Assembly: GCA_963514005.1 (NCBI GenBank)
Contig: OY740811.1
Location: 18,352,001-18,416,000 of the forward strand
Direction: 5' to 3'
DNA length: 64,000 nt
DNA from: Raja brachyura
Lineage: Eukaryota
The notes beneath the pieces were generated by a model. It did not search any database, was not told where the DNA came from, and was given only the letters and a program-made list of their open reading frames with translations. Positions 1-12,999 of the stretch are shown piece after piece. A program made the position numbers and the translations under genes. How positions within the stretch are numbered: the first letter of the stretch is position 1; each line of letters begins with the position of its first letter.

Positions 1-548
1 CTGATTAAATGCCCTTGTGACTATAGCCACCCCTATTTAAGTCATACATTAATTAAAGTTTAAAAAAAAAATCATGCTCTCATGATATAGTTAAATGTTC
101 TTCATATCTGTGGTTAAGCTTCATTACCATTGAATCAGTTGGTGTACTCAAAATATTAACAACACTTACTTCACCTGCACTAAATATACCAATTGTAAAT
201 TACATTTTTAAATTGTAAATGCATGTTCAATGATATAAGTATTGAGATCACACATGCTGAAAGTTTTCTATTATTTACCATTCAAATATAATTAGTGTTT
301 TTTGGCTCTCCTGGTGGACAACACCAAAAATAAAGTGAGACCTTAACGTTGCATTTTGATTCCTTGTATAAGCATGCATATCATTGATTTAATGCTTAAT
401 TTTTTATAATTTTTACAAGATCAGATGTCTGTAAAGTACTTCATTTGTATCTTGTAAACTCAGTTGTTTGGCAATTGTAGAAACCTTGAACATTCTAATT
501 GTTTGTAAAAGAACCTTCATAATCCAAGTTATTTTCCTTTCTCTCCAG

Positions 549-705
549 AATACTTTTGTAGGGCTAACTAATCTTGGAGCTACTTGTTATGTCAACACCC
601 TGCTTCAGGTTTGGTTTCATAACCTTGAATTGCGACAAGCATTGTATCTCTGTCATAGTCCTCAAAAGGAGACGGGGATTGGAGAAGGGATTGAGGAAGA
701 TGCAG
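549..705 (+). CDS. USP48: USP48 exon (157 nt), Cys box with catalytic Cys (TGT 585-587)
   Basis: ctccag|AAT...GCAG|gtgagt; [35 protein letters not shown]. Confidence 0.97.
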
Positions 706-1805
706 GTGAGTATTAAGGAAAACTGAGTAAACTTCAATTAAACGACAGTAAAGTCACCTCTAATATTTTAATATACAATTTTAATCTTGTGAGGGTGGGC
801 CAGACTCGCCATCAACTGTAGTTCAATAATATGCATTCTTGAGACAAATATATCCAGAATTTGATCTGCGGGACCCTCTGTTAATTTTCATTGGTGGTTT
901 AGATTAAACGGAAAATGTTACCGCAGTGTTGTGCTAAAGTACTTTATTTGTTGAGTATTTGATCTCAGTCAAATTGAGTGGAGAGGGATTGAATGAAAAT
1001 GAGTGAAAAATCAACCTCAGGAGCAGGATTGACAGACTTAATGTGAATCAATTTCTAATTTTGCATTCTGCAATTTTCTTCAACGATAGCCACTTGTTCA
1101 TTAAATGTGTAAATCCATTGCCTCTTGATGTTTGAAATTGAACATTGCTGTGAAAGTTAATTAGAAAGTGTGGATGTGGAGGTTGGTGATCATTTGTAAC
1201 ATGAAGCCCCTATTTAGTTTTCTCTGAATCATTTCAAATAGTGTGTCTGAAGGCTGCATGACTCAGCAAGTATGACAAATAATGTGGTCTTCAAATTGCA
1301 AAATCTTACGCCAATGCTGTTTACACACATCCCTGAAAAGCACTGCCTTTTTGTGACGTTTTACATTTTATGGGCATTTTGATCTGTCTTGTCCCTACTG
1401 AGTTTATGCCCCATCTAGGTCTCCTCTTTCTATATATCATCTAATGCTATCCACATTGCATTGTATTACCTACCCTTGGTCAAACATAACGGCCTTCATA
1501 GCATGAATTGCCATTAAGACCTAATCAATTAATTGGTCCAAATTCCTTTTGAATTTACTTTGCATGGTTACATGGTCTCAAAGTTTTGTGACTGTCATAT
1601 TTAGCGATATGAAATATCTATAAAATTACCTGCCAACATTCTGTTTTGGTCCACTGTGTGGAGGGCTAACAATTACTATGTTTAATTCATTATAAATAGT
1701 AACTTCTGTAGGTGCATGTGCTTGATTGCAACTTGCCATTTATTTGATGGCAGTGTTGACGTTTTTGAGTACTGAATCTGCAGCTTTTTGGTAAATACAA
1801 GTATG

Positions 1806-2013
1806 TTTAGTTGAGAGATATGGCGCGGAAGCTGGCCTTTCGGCCCGCCGAGTCCACGCTGGCCAGCAATCTTCGCGCACTTACACTATCCTGCACACTA
1901 GGGACAATTTACAATTATACCAAGCCAGTTACCCTACAAACCTAAAAGTGTGGGAGGAAACTGGAGCACCCAGAGAAAACCCACGCAGGTCATGGCGTGA
2001 AAGTACAAACTCT
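1806..2013 (-). mobile_element. V-SINE (HE1-like) fragment
   Basis: Reverse complement has the V-domain core (GACCTGCGTGGGTTTTCTCTGGGTGCTCCAGTTTCCTCCCACA) and a CR1-like tail; similar to the copies at 3316, 5256 and 60767. Confidence 0.8.
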
Positions 2014-2251
2014 GGTGTACGCTCCTAATCCTAAAAAATAATCTTTTTAAAAGATCAGCTGGAGTTTGTCCAATTAATGAAAATGTTTGGATTATGCATA
2101 AATGATCTGCAATGCAAGATTTACCTATTTGCATCTACAAAGCCAATCATTTAAAGTTGGTTACTCTCTGTACTCTTAGGATATATAAATAAAACATACA
2201 TTCATCATTGTATTGCAAACAGTTATTTAACGTTGTGTGTTTTTGCCACAG

Positions 2252-2379
2252 AGTTTGAACCGCAGTCCATCTGTGAACACCTTCAGTACTTGTTTGCTTT
2301 GCTGCAAAGCAGTAATAGACGATATATTGATCCTTCTGGATTTGTAAAAGCGTTGGGCCTGGATACAGGACAGCAGCAG
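2252..2379 (+). CDS. USP48: USP48 exon (128 nt)
   Basis: cacag|AG...CAG|gtaagt; [43 protein letters not shown]. Confidence 0.97.
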
Positions 2380-2974
2380 GTAAGTAGAGTGGATTGGGGT
2401 AACTGGTTAGTTAAGATATATTGTCCATGTATTTTTAAAGTCTCCAAATTATTAGTAAACATCCTTGTTAATCCTGCTCTCATTAGAATGAATCAAATTA
2501 ATCTACAAGACTTCCTGTTGGTAATTTATTTTAGGTAGTTGATTGTCATTTTCTGAGCTAGATTCCAAGTTAGAGTATATTTCGTGCTTGGATCATTGGT
2601 ATATGTTGCAGACTGCGAGGACATAAAGAATCAGTCTGGTGTAGCAAGGAATTTACAAAAATATCAAAAGTGTAATCCAACAGTCCTGTTAATGAAAAGG
2701 ATATTCATTTATGCTGGAAAACTACATTTCCATGTTTTTTTGTAAGGCTGTTCACTATAGTGGCTTAACAGACCAGCAAACCACTGTTTTGTGGAGAATT
2801 AGATACTATTTAACATATTGCTTGTGATACATTTTCCACATCAAGCTTTTAAGATCTTTGACGATTAGAATTATAGTATTATAATTTTGCAAAACCACCT
2901 TGAGTTCTTTAGTTTTAGGGACAAAATGCCAGACTAAATTCAAGGAAATTATTTTCTAATTTGTTAATTTGCTA

Positions 2975-3263
2975 GTGCCTTATTGCCCCTGGACTGAGTG
3001 GTCGGTTTTACGAGGGCAGATCTGCGTTTGCTTAATTTAATTTATGATTGCACATTGGGCAACCTGGTTAAGGATGGCAGCTTTCCTTCCGTGAATGACA
3101 TAAGTAAATCAATCCAATAGTTTCATGGTCTCTTTTACTGAGACTAGTGTTTTTTTCCTGATTTATTTAAAGCTTTAAATCAAATCATTCTGCTGCCATG
3201 TTGGGATATGAACTATTATCTTCGAACCTCAGGATAAGCGTTCAGTATCTTAACTATTACGCT
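2975..3263 (-). mobile_element. Degraded SINE of a second family; similar copy on + at about 56240-56410
   Basis: Both loci share TCTCAGTAA..GACCATG...GGAAGGAAA..TGCCAT-like blocks; family name uncertain. Confidence 0.5.
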
Positions 3264-3315
3264 TCCAAGATTAAGAGGCCCCAATCTGGTTTTCTTGGGA
3301 ACCGTCGCCATAGAC

Positions 3316-3615
3316 TTTAGTTCAGTTTAGAATTGCAGCATGGAAACAGGCCCACCGAGTCCACACCGACCAGCGATCCCCGCACATTAACACTATCCTA
3401 CACTAGGGACAGATTTTACGTTTATACCAAGCCAATTAACCTACAAACCTGTACATCTTTGGAGTTTGGGAGGAAACAGGAGTAGCCATTTAAAACCCAC
3501 GCGGTCATGGGGATAACGTACAAACTCCGTACACACAAGCACCCGTAGCCAGGATCGAACCCTGGTCTCTGGTGCTCTAAGGCAGCAACTCTACTGCTGC
3601 GCCAACATGCTGCCC
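3316..3615 (-). mobile_element. V-SINE (HE1-like), near full length
   Basis: On the minus strand: tRNA-like head with A box (TGGCGCAGCAG) and B box (GGTTCGATCC), V core, (CTAAA)n-like tail. Confidence 0.85.
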
Positions 3616-3936
3616 GATCTGGTTTCAAAATTCATAATTGTGTTCAATTAATCACAACATTATTAAATCAAATTCTATTTATCTCTAGTGTTTCCTGTTT
3701 CCCACTTTTCTGATGTAACCTTTTCTATTCTTAGCATTTTCTATTTTTATTTATTCCGTTGCCCTGTGTTATTTATGGTTGCGAAGACGTAATGAATAAT
3801 TACATGATTACTATTAGGAATATTGATAGTATTGTGCTTTTTACAATTTCATGTCCTGGCGAACTATATAGTAGCTCAGAAGATGATTTATATCTCAATT
3901 GCTAGATATTTTAATCTATTGTAATTATGTCTACAG

Positions 3937-4061
3937 GATGCACAAGAATTTTCCAAGCTTTTTATGTCATTATTAGAAGATACATTATCAAAACAGAACA
4001 ACCCAGATGTACAGAATATTATCCAGCAGCAGTTCTGTGGACAGTATGCATATGTCACAGT
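3937..4061 (+). CDS. USP48: USP48 exon (125 nt), QQDAQEF box
   Basis: tacag|GAT...GT|gtaagt; [42 protein letters not shown]. Confidence 0.97.
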
Positions 4062-5255
4062 GTAAGTGAACGAGAATTTTTTTGAAGGGCCCGGTTTCCA
4101 TGCTGATCTCTGAACTAAATTAAATAAAAGGAGGAGCTGAAAGAGGTGTACAAAATTATGAGCGGCATAGATAAGGTAGAAATGCGAATCTTTCTGTATT
4201 AACATAATCCCATATGATCAAAGGTATACGTTTTAGGTGAGGGGTGGTATTTGGCAAGATTAGATGGGATTTAAGGAATAATTTTTGCAGCCAGAGGTCG
4301 ATTGAAGTCTGGAATGCACTGGTTGAGATGCTGGTGGAAGCAGGTAATCTCACAACAATATGAACTCTTAAAATGGCGAGCCATTTTGCATTTGTCATTA
4401 TAAATATTTCTCTTATCAATGATTGTCATGTCAACTATTTATTATGAGCTTCATGTGAACAAGGAATTTCATCGTACACTGATGTATATGACAATAAACT
4501 AATCTGAATCATGGAACCGTGCTGGAAATACATATAGATCGTCAAGCTCTTTTCAGTGTATTTATCACTGCAGGCTTTCTGGAACCAGCTGCATTCCATA
4601 TACTCACTGGAGCAATAAGAACAGACTGCATCATGGGTCCAGACAACACAAAATCCATCTTAGATTCTGGCACTGCAAGGTCTGATGACCCTAGATTTGA
4701 AGGGGGGAAGAAATGGGGACCTTTATCAGAGACAGACCTGGCCTTAGTACGCCGTAGGCAAGCCAGGTGAAGAAAAGCTAAGCACCAACTTCCCAGAAGA
4801 GAAATCACACATTAGCACTACCCCAGGAGATTTGGATGAGAACAATAGGAAAGCATGTGTTGTGATGCTGAAACAAATGCAAATGCTGAAACAAGACTTG
4901 CTGGCCATCTTTCATGACAGAATGTAAGAGATTAGATATCAAGGACATGTCCAATGTTATGCAAAGTTCATGCAGAACTCGGTTGTTCAATTTCCACTCT
5001 GTGCCAGCCACTGTGGTTGCTCGCATATTACAAATACTGATGGAGCTGTTTTCACAGAGGCACAGGCGGAGGCTCCTTAGTCCTCCTGTTCCAGTGGAGT
5101 ATCAGGCTGATGCAATCAAAGCTTATTTATTGTCACCTGGGAGCAGTTTGTTGTCTTGAGAAAGCAGAGTGTTTATGTCCAAGCAAGCACACTGAGAAAA
5201 TATATTAAATTCAGGTATACTTTAGGCCCACTTCGATCAAACTGACCATGATAGC

Positions 5256-5478
5256 TTAGTTTAGAGATACAGTATGGAAACAGACCCTTTTGGCCCACCA
5301 GGTCCGCTCCGCCCAGTGATCCCTGCACATTTACACTATCCTGGGTTCCCAGAGAAAACTCACGCAGGTCGTGGGAAGAATGTGCAAACTCCGTACAGAC
5401 AGCGCCCGTAGTCAGGATCGAACCCGGGTCTCTGGCACTGTAAGGCAGCAATTCTACTGCTGCGCCACTGTGCCGCCC
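5256..5478 (-). mobile_element. V-SINE (HE1-like) with an internal deletion
   Basis: Head GGGCGGCACAGTGGCGCAGCAGTAG...CCCGGGTTCGATCC; tail CTGTATCTCTAAACTAA. Confidence 0.85.
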
Positions 5479-5960
5479 AAATGATGATACATTTGTTTTC
5501 ACAAGAAATAAAAAAACGCTGAACATTTAATGCACTTTCAATCGCAAATATTAAATACTACCCTGCATTAGTTTTGCAATCATTGATTTAGTTTGTAAAT
5601 AATATTGACATTGTTTCATTAGTGCTTGCACTGTATGTTACTTAATAAAATACTGTAGTTTTTCTTCCCAGATATATTGCAGTGGACAAATGGCTTTGAT
5701 TTGGCTAATTTGGTTTATGGGGATAAGGTTGTAAAATTTTATTGGATTCTGCAATATGGGCAGTGAATTAGTGAAAATCTACTTTAGTGCACGCAAAATC
5801 TTTATCTTTGCCTGCACTTATTATACAAAGTGAGTAAGCACTTTCCGCATGAATTTATGGAACATCACTAGAAGGTATACACCTACAAAAAGACGACCTG
5901 TCAATTAAAAAAAAAAAATGCATTTTGGAATTCAAACTGAGTTCCAGATAGATAGTTTAT

Positions 5961-6651
5961 TACATAGAAACATAGAAATTAGGTGCAGGAGTAGGCCATT
6001 CGGCCCTTCGAGCCTGCACCGCCATTCAATATGATCATGGCTGATCATCCAACTCAGTATCCTGTACCTGCCTTCTCTCCATACCCTCTGATCCCCTTAG
6101 CCACAAGGGCCACATCTAACTCCCTCTTAAATATAGCCAATGAACTGGCCTCAACTACCCTCTGTGGCAGAGAGTTCCAGAGACCCACCACTCTCTGTGT
6201 GAAAAAAGTCCTTCTCATCTCGGTCCTAAAGGATTTCCCCCTTATCCTTAAGCTGTGACCCCTTGTCCTAGACATCCCCAACATCGGGAACAATCTTCCT
6301 GCATCTAGCCTGTCCAACCCCTTAAGAATTTTGTAAGTTTCTATAAGATCCCCTCTCAATCTCCTAAATTCTAGAGAGTATAAACCGAATCTATCCAGTC
6401 TTTCTTCATAAGACAGTCCTGACATCCCAGGAATCAATCTGGTGAACCTTCTCTGCACTCCCTCTATGGCAATAATGTCCTTCCTCAGATTTGGAGACCA
6501 GAACTGTACGCAATACTCCAGGTGTGGTCTCGCCAAGACCCTATACATCTGAAGTTGAACCTCCCTGCTCCTATACTCAAATTCTTTTGCTATGAAAGCT
6601 AACATACCATTCGCTTTCTTCACTGCCTGCTGCACCTGCATGCCTACTTTA
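5961..6651 (-). mobile_element. CR1 LINE, 5'-truncated 3' end, young
   Basis: Open ORF2 C-terminus (RPHLEYCVQFWSP...RRLRGDLIETYKI...WNSLP) and a (TTTCTATG)2 tail. Confidence 0.93.
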
Positions 6652-7809
6652 TTATAAGGTTCCTTTATAAATTGGCATCCTTGCGCGTCAGGCGATATCA
6701 TCAGTTAACAGAAAGTCTCATCTTATTTATTTTCCCTGAGCAACATGACTTTTTTCAATGTTTGTTGAAATATTTCAAAAGAGGCTAATGCTCTGAATTT
6801 GCTAAAATAACAATGATGAAGCATTTGCTGTTAATTGTATACAATTAGAATAGCAAATTGAGGTAACAGGCAGATGTCCATTGCAGATGGAGTTAAATTG
6901 TGTTCAGTTGCTTTAGTGCAAGTAGCATATTTACTATTGAGATATTTTGATGATGTAGAGTTGCTGTTTCTTTATCACCTATATGGTTTCAACAGTAATA
7001 TGCTCATGCCGATCTGCATGTTGTGTTAGTGTTGGATGACATGCCATTTGAGATAGCAAGTCTTCCAGTTATGCTTCCTTGCTCTAGCACTTAATTGCTT
7101 TCCTTGGCTTTTCTCAAATTTACATCTGGGTGTCTCTAGGCCGGTGTAATTAAAGACAATATCTAGAAACAATGGCAAATTTGCTGAACTAAATTTGGGT
7201 CACTTTCTATTACAATGGTGTTCCTTATTTCGTTGACAATACTGTATACCTACTGTTATAAAACTTGTTCTTCAAAGTTGAGCAATGCCACAGAATTTAA
7301 ATACTGCTATTATCTATGAGGCATCAACTCTGGATGAATAGGAGCATTGTTGATTGTCAGTTGTTGATCCAAAGATTAGGCTAATGTTGCACTGCAACTT
7401 AAAGGAGGTGCTGTCCCTTTGGAGATGCTCTCTGTTGCAGGAACAAGTCACTCCATGCCCTATCTAGCTTCTGAGATGGATGTAAAATATACTATGATTC
7501 TACGCAAAAAAAGGTTTCTTTATTGTCGAGTAAAGATGAGTAACAAGTCATTTAATCTTGGAATACATGTTTTTCCTAACAAATCAAAGTATTCCCAATG
7601 ATTCTTACAGTAATGCTGTTGCATAAAAGAATAATGCCTAGCCATGAGGAGGTATCAGGGCAGATACTCAAAGACTTGCTGAAACAGGGATAGGTAGATT
7701 TAAGAAGGTAGATTCCATGGGTCATGACATCATAAGGTACATTTTCAGTGGCAGTGTGGTAAATTGGGGGTAAGCTGAAGGCCAGAATTAGAAGAGCAGA
7801 ATTACTGCT

Positions 7810-7996
7810 ATGGAGTTTGTATGTTCTCCCCGATTGCTCTGGTTTCCTCCCACTTTCCAAAGATGTGCAGGTTTGGAGGTTGAATGACTTCTGTAAATGT
7901 ACCAAATGTGTAGGATGAAACTAGTATATGGGTGATCAGTGGTTGACATGAACTTGGTGGGACAAAGGGCCTGTTTCCATGCTGTATCTCTAAACT
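7810..7996 (+). mobile_element. V-SINE fragment
   Basis: TGGAGTTTGTATGTTCTCCCC...GGTTTCCTCCCAC...GGGCCTGTTTCCATGCTGTATCTCTAAA. Confidence 0.75.
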
Positions 7997-8044
7997 ATCC
8001 TAATCTATTTTATTTTTTCCATCTTCCTGTTAGTTGGAATGGAT

Positions 8045-8358
8045 TGGAAAGAGAGAGAAGGGAGGTGGAGGCCCAGGAGGTGAGGGTTATCTAAAATTGG
8101 AGAATTCAATGTTCATACCATTGGGTTGTATATTACCAGGATGGAATATGAGCCTTAAATTAAAGACAAACTACTAGAGTAACTCAGCTGGTCAGGCAGC
8201 ATCTCTGGAGAACGTGGATAGGTGACATTTCGGGTTGTGACCCTAATTTCCCTCTCCTTTCTCAGTCCCCGTGTCCTGAAGGACTGATACATTTACAATA
8301 CCTTTCCCTTCACAGGTGCTGCTTGACCCATTATGCTTCTCCAGCAGTTTGTTTTTTG
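8045..8358 (-). mobile_element. Penelope-like element: ORF end plus an adjacent foldback terminal repeat
   Basis: Minus 8152-8087 reads LIFHPGNIQPNGMNIEFSNFR*, a PLE GIY-YIG C-terminus; 8163-8358 holds inverted copies of the PLE terminal repeat. Confidence 0.7.
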
Positions 8359-8724
8359 TTTATGGACCTCTTAATTTCCTGATTGTTCTTTCCAGCACTC
8401 CTTAAAATCGACTCCTTGTTCATGAGTTTAGTTATCTGTCCTAACCAAACATTTTTGAATGACCAAGTAGAATGTCTGAAATAGCTGTTAGTCAATGTTA
8501 GCTTCCCTAACAGGGCAAGTATTCTGATAAAACGTTGAAAGCCAGTTTGAATGAAAATCCTGTTAATGTAGGAAAGAATCTCATGTTTGTTTGAATCAGG
8601 ACTTGGTATTCCTATAAAATAGACGTTAAGTTTTCTGTATGGTCCAATATTTAATAGAATTTCTGTTTTTAAAACAGTCATTAGTTTAATGTCCACTCAA
8701 TCAGAAATCTCTCTTTACTTTCAG

Positions 8725-8833
8725 ATGTAATCAGTGTGGCCGTGAGTCTAAGCTGTTATCCCGTTTTTATGAACTGGAGTTAAATATCCAAGGACACAAG
8801 CAGCTGACAGATTGCATTGATGAGTTTCTGAAG
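8725..8833 (+). CDS. USP48: USP48 exon (109 nt), first CxxC of the fingers subdomain
   Basis: ttcag|A...AAG|gtacct; [36 protein letters not shown]. Confidence 0.96.
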
Positions 8834-9194
8834 GTACCTAGGCATATAGCAATTAAGCCAAATAAAATCAACTTTACTGTTATTAAGCATTTGTATTTTG
8901 CTTCCACATTCACTGTATAATGTAGGTATGCTTGTACTCAATTTCAAAAATTGGGAAGTACAGATAATTGGGAAGCGTGCAAAAGATCTCAATTGGATTT
9001 GGGTAAATTCTGTTAAATCCCATCATTATCATTAACGTGTGATTATGTCCATGATTGTCATCTTCATTCAGGTGTAATTTGAAAAATCCTGCCAATGGAA
9101 ATGCTCACCCTGAAACACAATATTGTGCATTTAATAGCTCCTTCCTTATTAGAAATTACATTAAATCCATATTCAAAGTATAAAGTTGTATTCA

Positions 9195-10855
9195 ATATTA
9201 ATAGTTTTAATTTCAATGTTAATAGTTTTATTTGGGATTATAAAAATCATAGAATAAGTAAAAAACATTTATGTAAGTCAAAGATAAATGGAGGATTAGC
9301 ACTTCCAAATTTTTTATACTACTTCTGGGCAGTACAGATTAAGAATATGAATTTTTGGTGGGTAAATACGGACCTGGAACCAACGTGGCTAAAGATAGAA
9401 AAGGAAGATTGTTTGCCTTTCAACGTAGATTCAATTATTTTTGCCCCAAAGGAAGTTCAAAAAAAAACTTATTGGGACAATCCAATCATTTATAATAATA
9501 GACGTATTTGGAAACAAATAGTCAAGACTTTACAATTAGACAACCTTTCATTTAGATTACCAATTATGAATAACCCATTATTTAAGCCCTCCACATTGGA
9601 TGGAGGGTTCAGACATTGGGATAATTTAGGAATTACAAGGGTAGAGCACCTTTATAGAAATGGAAAATTTCTTTCATTTCAGGAATTACAAGATATCTAC
9701 GGATTGTCTTCACAGCATTTGTTTAGGTATTTCCAAATTAGAGATTATATTAAATCTAATACACAGGATTTTAAAAATAAGGAACCAGGATTATTAGATG
9801 AATCGTTTAACTGGCATCCAACCACAGAAAAATTAATAGCTTATATATATAACATCATTATGGATAATGAGAATCCAATAACTGAAACATATCGTCAAGC
9901 ATGGGAAAATGAAATTGGATCACCTATAACCAAAGAAAATTGGGGAGAAAGTCTACAACGAATACACCGGTGCTCGTTAAATGCTAGACATATATTAATA
10001 CAATTTAAAGTATTATATAGATTACATTATTCAAAAGCCAAATTAAATAGTATATTTCCTAATCTCTCCTCTATTTGTGATAAATGTAAGAATTTAGAAG
10101 CAAATTTAACACACAGTTTTGTTACATGTCCTAAATTGAATTATTATTGGACAGAAATTTTTTAAGTAATTTCTGAAGTTCTTAAGGTTAAATTAGAACC
10201 TGACCCAAAGCTAATAATACTGGGAATTCCAGAGGCTAATTTGATATTTACACCAGACCAAAGAAATTTCCTTGATTATTGTTTGATATTGGGGAAAAAA
10301 ATAATATTGAAATTTTGGAAGGGAACATTATCCCCAACAATTAAAATGTGGGCATCAGAGATGTTGGAGACGTTGCAGTTGGAAAGAATCAGATTTGTCC
10401 TTTTGGACGAGTATAATTCTTTTCAACAGATATGGTCTCCATATATACAGTATTTAGAGAAGTAGCTGTTCTTGGCATCACGGCTCGACTGACACCCTGC
10501 GGGATTTGATGAAAATAATGTATTGGTATACCAGGATATATGCATGTCTTTACTGATATTATTATTTGTAGTTGTTTCATTTATAATATATTGTGTGGCT
10601 TTTAATTGATATATATACATAATATGTCTTTTTTCTTTTTCTTCATTTTTTCTTTTTCTTTTATACCAAATAATTATTAAGGAATTATAATTTTATTGAT
10701 TAATAATGGTATTTCTCTATACCCACTTTTATTTTCAAAAAAAAAATAAGATAATAATCATTAGAGTACAAATATTGATTTAAGTGGATGTTTATAACTC
10801 AGTTTTAAACATTGAGAATTGTTTATTGCTAATAAAAAAAATTATTCAAAAAAAA
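9195..10855 (+). mobile_element. L1-group (L1/Tx1) LINE, 5'-truncated, with a 15-bp TSD
   Basis: ORF2 C-terminus (GGLALPNF, QFKVLYRLHY, CDKC...H...C) open to 10465 except one TAA at 10163-10165; AATAAA at 10831 and an A-rich tail; ATAAAGTTGTATTCA at 9180-9194 and 10856-10870. Confidence 0.92.
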
Positions 10856-11737
10856 ATAAAGTTGTATTCACGTTTAAACACAAATGGGTAGGGTGCATGA
10901 TACAGGTTCTAAGAAGCGTAGTTGGGCTCTGTGTGGTGACAGGACTAGTTGGAGCAAAGCAGAAGATCTTGCCAGAATGGAATTGATAAGCTGCATCTGT
11001 GGTTTAAAATGCAAAATACAACAACAAAAAATTGTCGGAAGAGAATAGCTTGTTTTGTGATGAGAAAAGAGAAACAAAAATAAACAACTAAGTTCACTGG
11101 TGGTCAGTGCACAGATGATATCCAAAGTGGTGTAGAACTGGTACCAATGTTAGGGATCATTTTACAGGATGCAGCTTGAACCTGTGTTGCTAAAAGATGG
11201 ACCAGTTGATCAAAAGTTGTATTGCAGCAAAGGCAGAGTATTTTCATCCAACTATTGTAGGATTTCTAAGAAAACATTATTTGAATGTATGCAAATTATA
11301 CAAAAACTAATTATAGCTCCATTGTTCATTGATTATAAATGCGCTGTCCATTTTTCACTGGTATAATTTACCTATCTATGGAGTATAGAAGCAGTGTGCG
11401 AGCTATTACACATACTTCGCTCAGTAAATTGGAAAGTGGCATCTTTACAGTTTTAGATTTTAGAGGCTTTTGATAAAGTTTCCTGTGAATGATCCCTGAA
11501 TCTCACAAAAGCTACAGGATGGCGTAAATTCCTTGTATGTGAATACTTGGCCAATAAACATATTCATTCATTCATAAAATGGCTAAAGATTGGTTAACAC
11601 GAGTACGATGGGGGTGGGGTGATGTTTCAGCTTCCAGTGCTGCAATGTAATCATGACAATGTCTCAATCTCTTTCCTGAGGAGCTTTAATATCTAATTTG
11701 TCCACCTCCAATCCCAACATAATTTATGATTCCCTGA

Positions 11738-12172
11738 AAGCCCTGTCCCACGGTACGAATTCATTCCAAGAGCTTTCCCGAGTTTGCCCTGATTCGAACT
11801 CGGAGATTTATGGTAATGGCCACTCGTCGGTACTCTGGGCTCTCGTGGACATTTTTCAACATGTTTTCAACACCTCATTTTTCTATTTTACATCTTTTGA
11901 TTTTAAGTATATTCCAAATGTGCTATCCTTGTATCATGCTGCACCCATCTCTTTTATCATCAGCATATTTTTCAACATGTTGAAAAATCTTCACGAGTCT
12001 TCCCGTGCTTACCTGCCATTAGCGAATCTTCCTGAGTACCTGCCGTTAGCAAAGAGACGTCCCCGGGCACCGACGTACCCGCTACGTTCGTTCTCCGTGC
12101 TTACCGCGAGTTTGATTTTTTTTTAAACTCGGGAGAGCTCTTTGAATGAACTCGTACCGTGGGACAGGGCTA
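11738..12172. mobile_element. MITE (probably PIF/Harbinger type), copy 1, with an internal 116-bp insertion
   Basis: About 47-bp TIRs (AGCCCTGTCCCACGGTACGA.../...TCGTACCGTGGGACAGGGCT); TGA/TTA flanks; central palindrome ATTTTTCAACATGTTGAAAAAT. Confidence 0.88.
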
Positions 12173-12865
12173 TTAAGATACAAGATTTAAATTCAGACCT
12201 CATTTTTCTATTTTACATCTTTTGATTTTAAGTATATTCCAAATTTGCTATCCTTGTATCATGCTGCACCCATCTCTTTTATCATCAGCATATTTTTCAT
12301 CTGTGTGTAGTTCCCTCCTTCAATCCTGGTAATTAATTTCTTGTGAAATTGGCTTAATCAGAACATCATATGAAACTCCATGTGATATTTGGTGGAAGAA
12401 GTTAAGCACATCTCTTGAGGTCATGCAGCAACAGTCTCTGTTGTTGATTGGTGTTAATTTCTTTTAAATGAAAGTTCAATTTGAATTGGGATGCTGAAAC
12501 ATAAAATTCTCTGTCAATTTTTGATGTTGAAGAACTTGCTATGTAAGAAAAAATTCAATTGTATATTAATAATAATAATAACTTTATTACAGACTCGGGG
12601 TCCAGACAAGGGGCAACATTACATTAAAAATGCATTGCATATCAAATATCATAAATATTATATACAATCATGGTAAATCACATAAAAACATCATAATTTA
12701 TATATTTAAAAAACCCACAATACTTAAGTTAAAAATCCAGAGTAAAAGATGATCAATGTCGTACAACGAGACAACGATACCAGTGTCTCCACAGCTGGGA
12801 TTCGTAGTGTGTAGAATTTGCATTACGTGGTTTTTTCCATTTTCTAATTTAACATTTTATTTCAG

Positions 12866-12999
12866 GAAGAAAAGTTGGAAGGGGACAATAGGTACTTTTG
12901 TGATGAATGTCAAGATAAACAGAATGCCACCAGGAAAATTAAACTACTTAGCCTCCCAAGAACACTCAATTTACAGCTTTTGAGGTTTGTCTTTGACAG
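12866..12999 (+). CDS. USP48: USP48 exon (134 nt), second CxxC
   Basis: ttcag|GAA...AG|gtcagt; [45 protein letters not shown]. Confidence 0.97.

Noticed and set aside
3540-3615. tRNA genes (A/B-box sequences here and at 5410-5478 and 60767-60830)
   Set aside because: They are SINE heads joined to V-domain cores and do not form a cloverleaf.
7385-7530. Possible DeuSINE-like remnants here and at about 57830-57990
   Set aside because: Too degraded to support without an alignment.
9095-10165. 356-aa ORF as a nested host gene
   Set aside because: It is L1-group ORF2 read through from intron sequence; the TSD and poly(A) tail define a retrotransposon.
11698-12126. Similar ORFs at 11698 and 17795 as a duplicated small gene
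   Set aside because: The similarity comes from the two MITE copies; there are no splice or protein-family signals.
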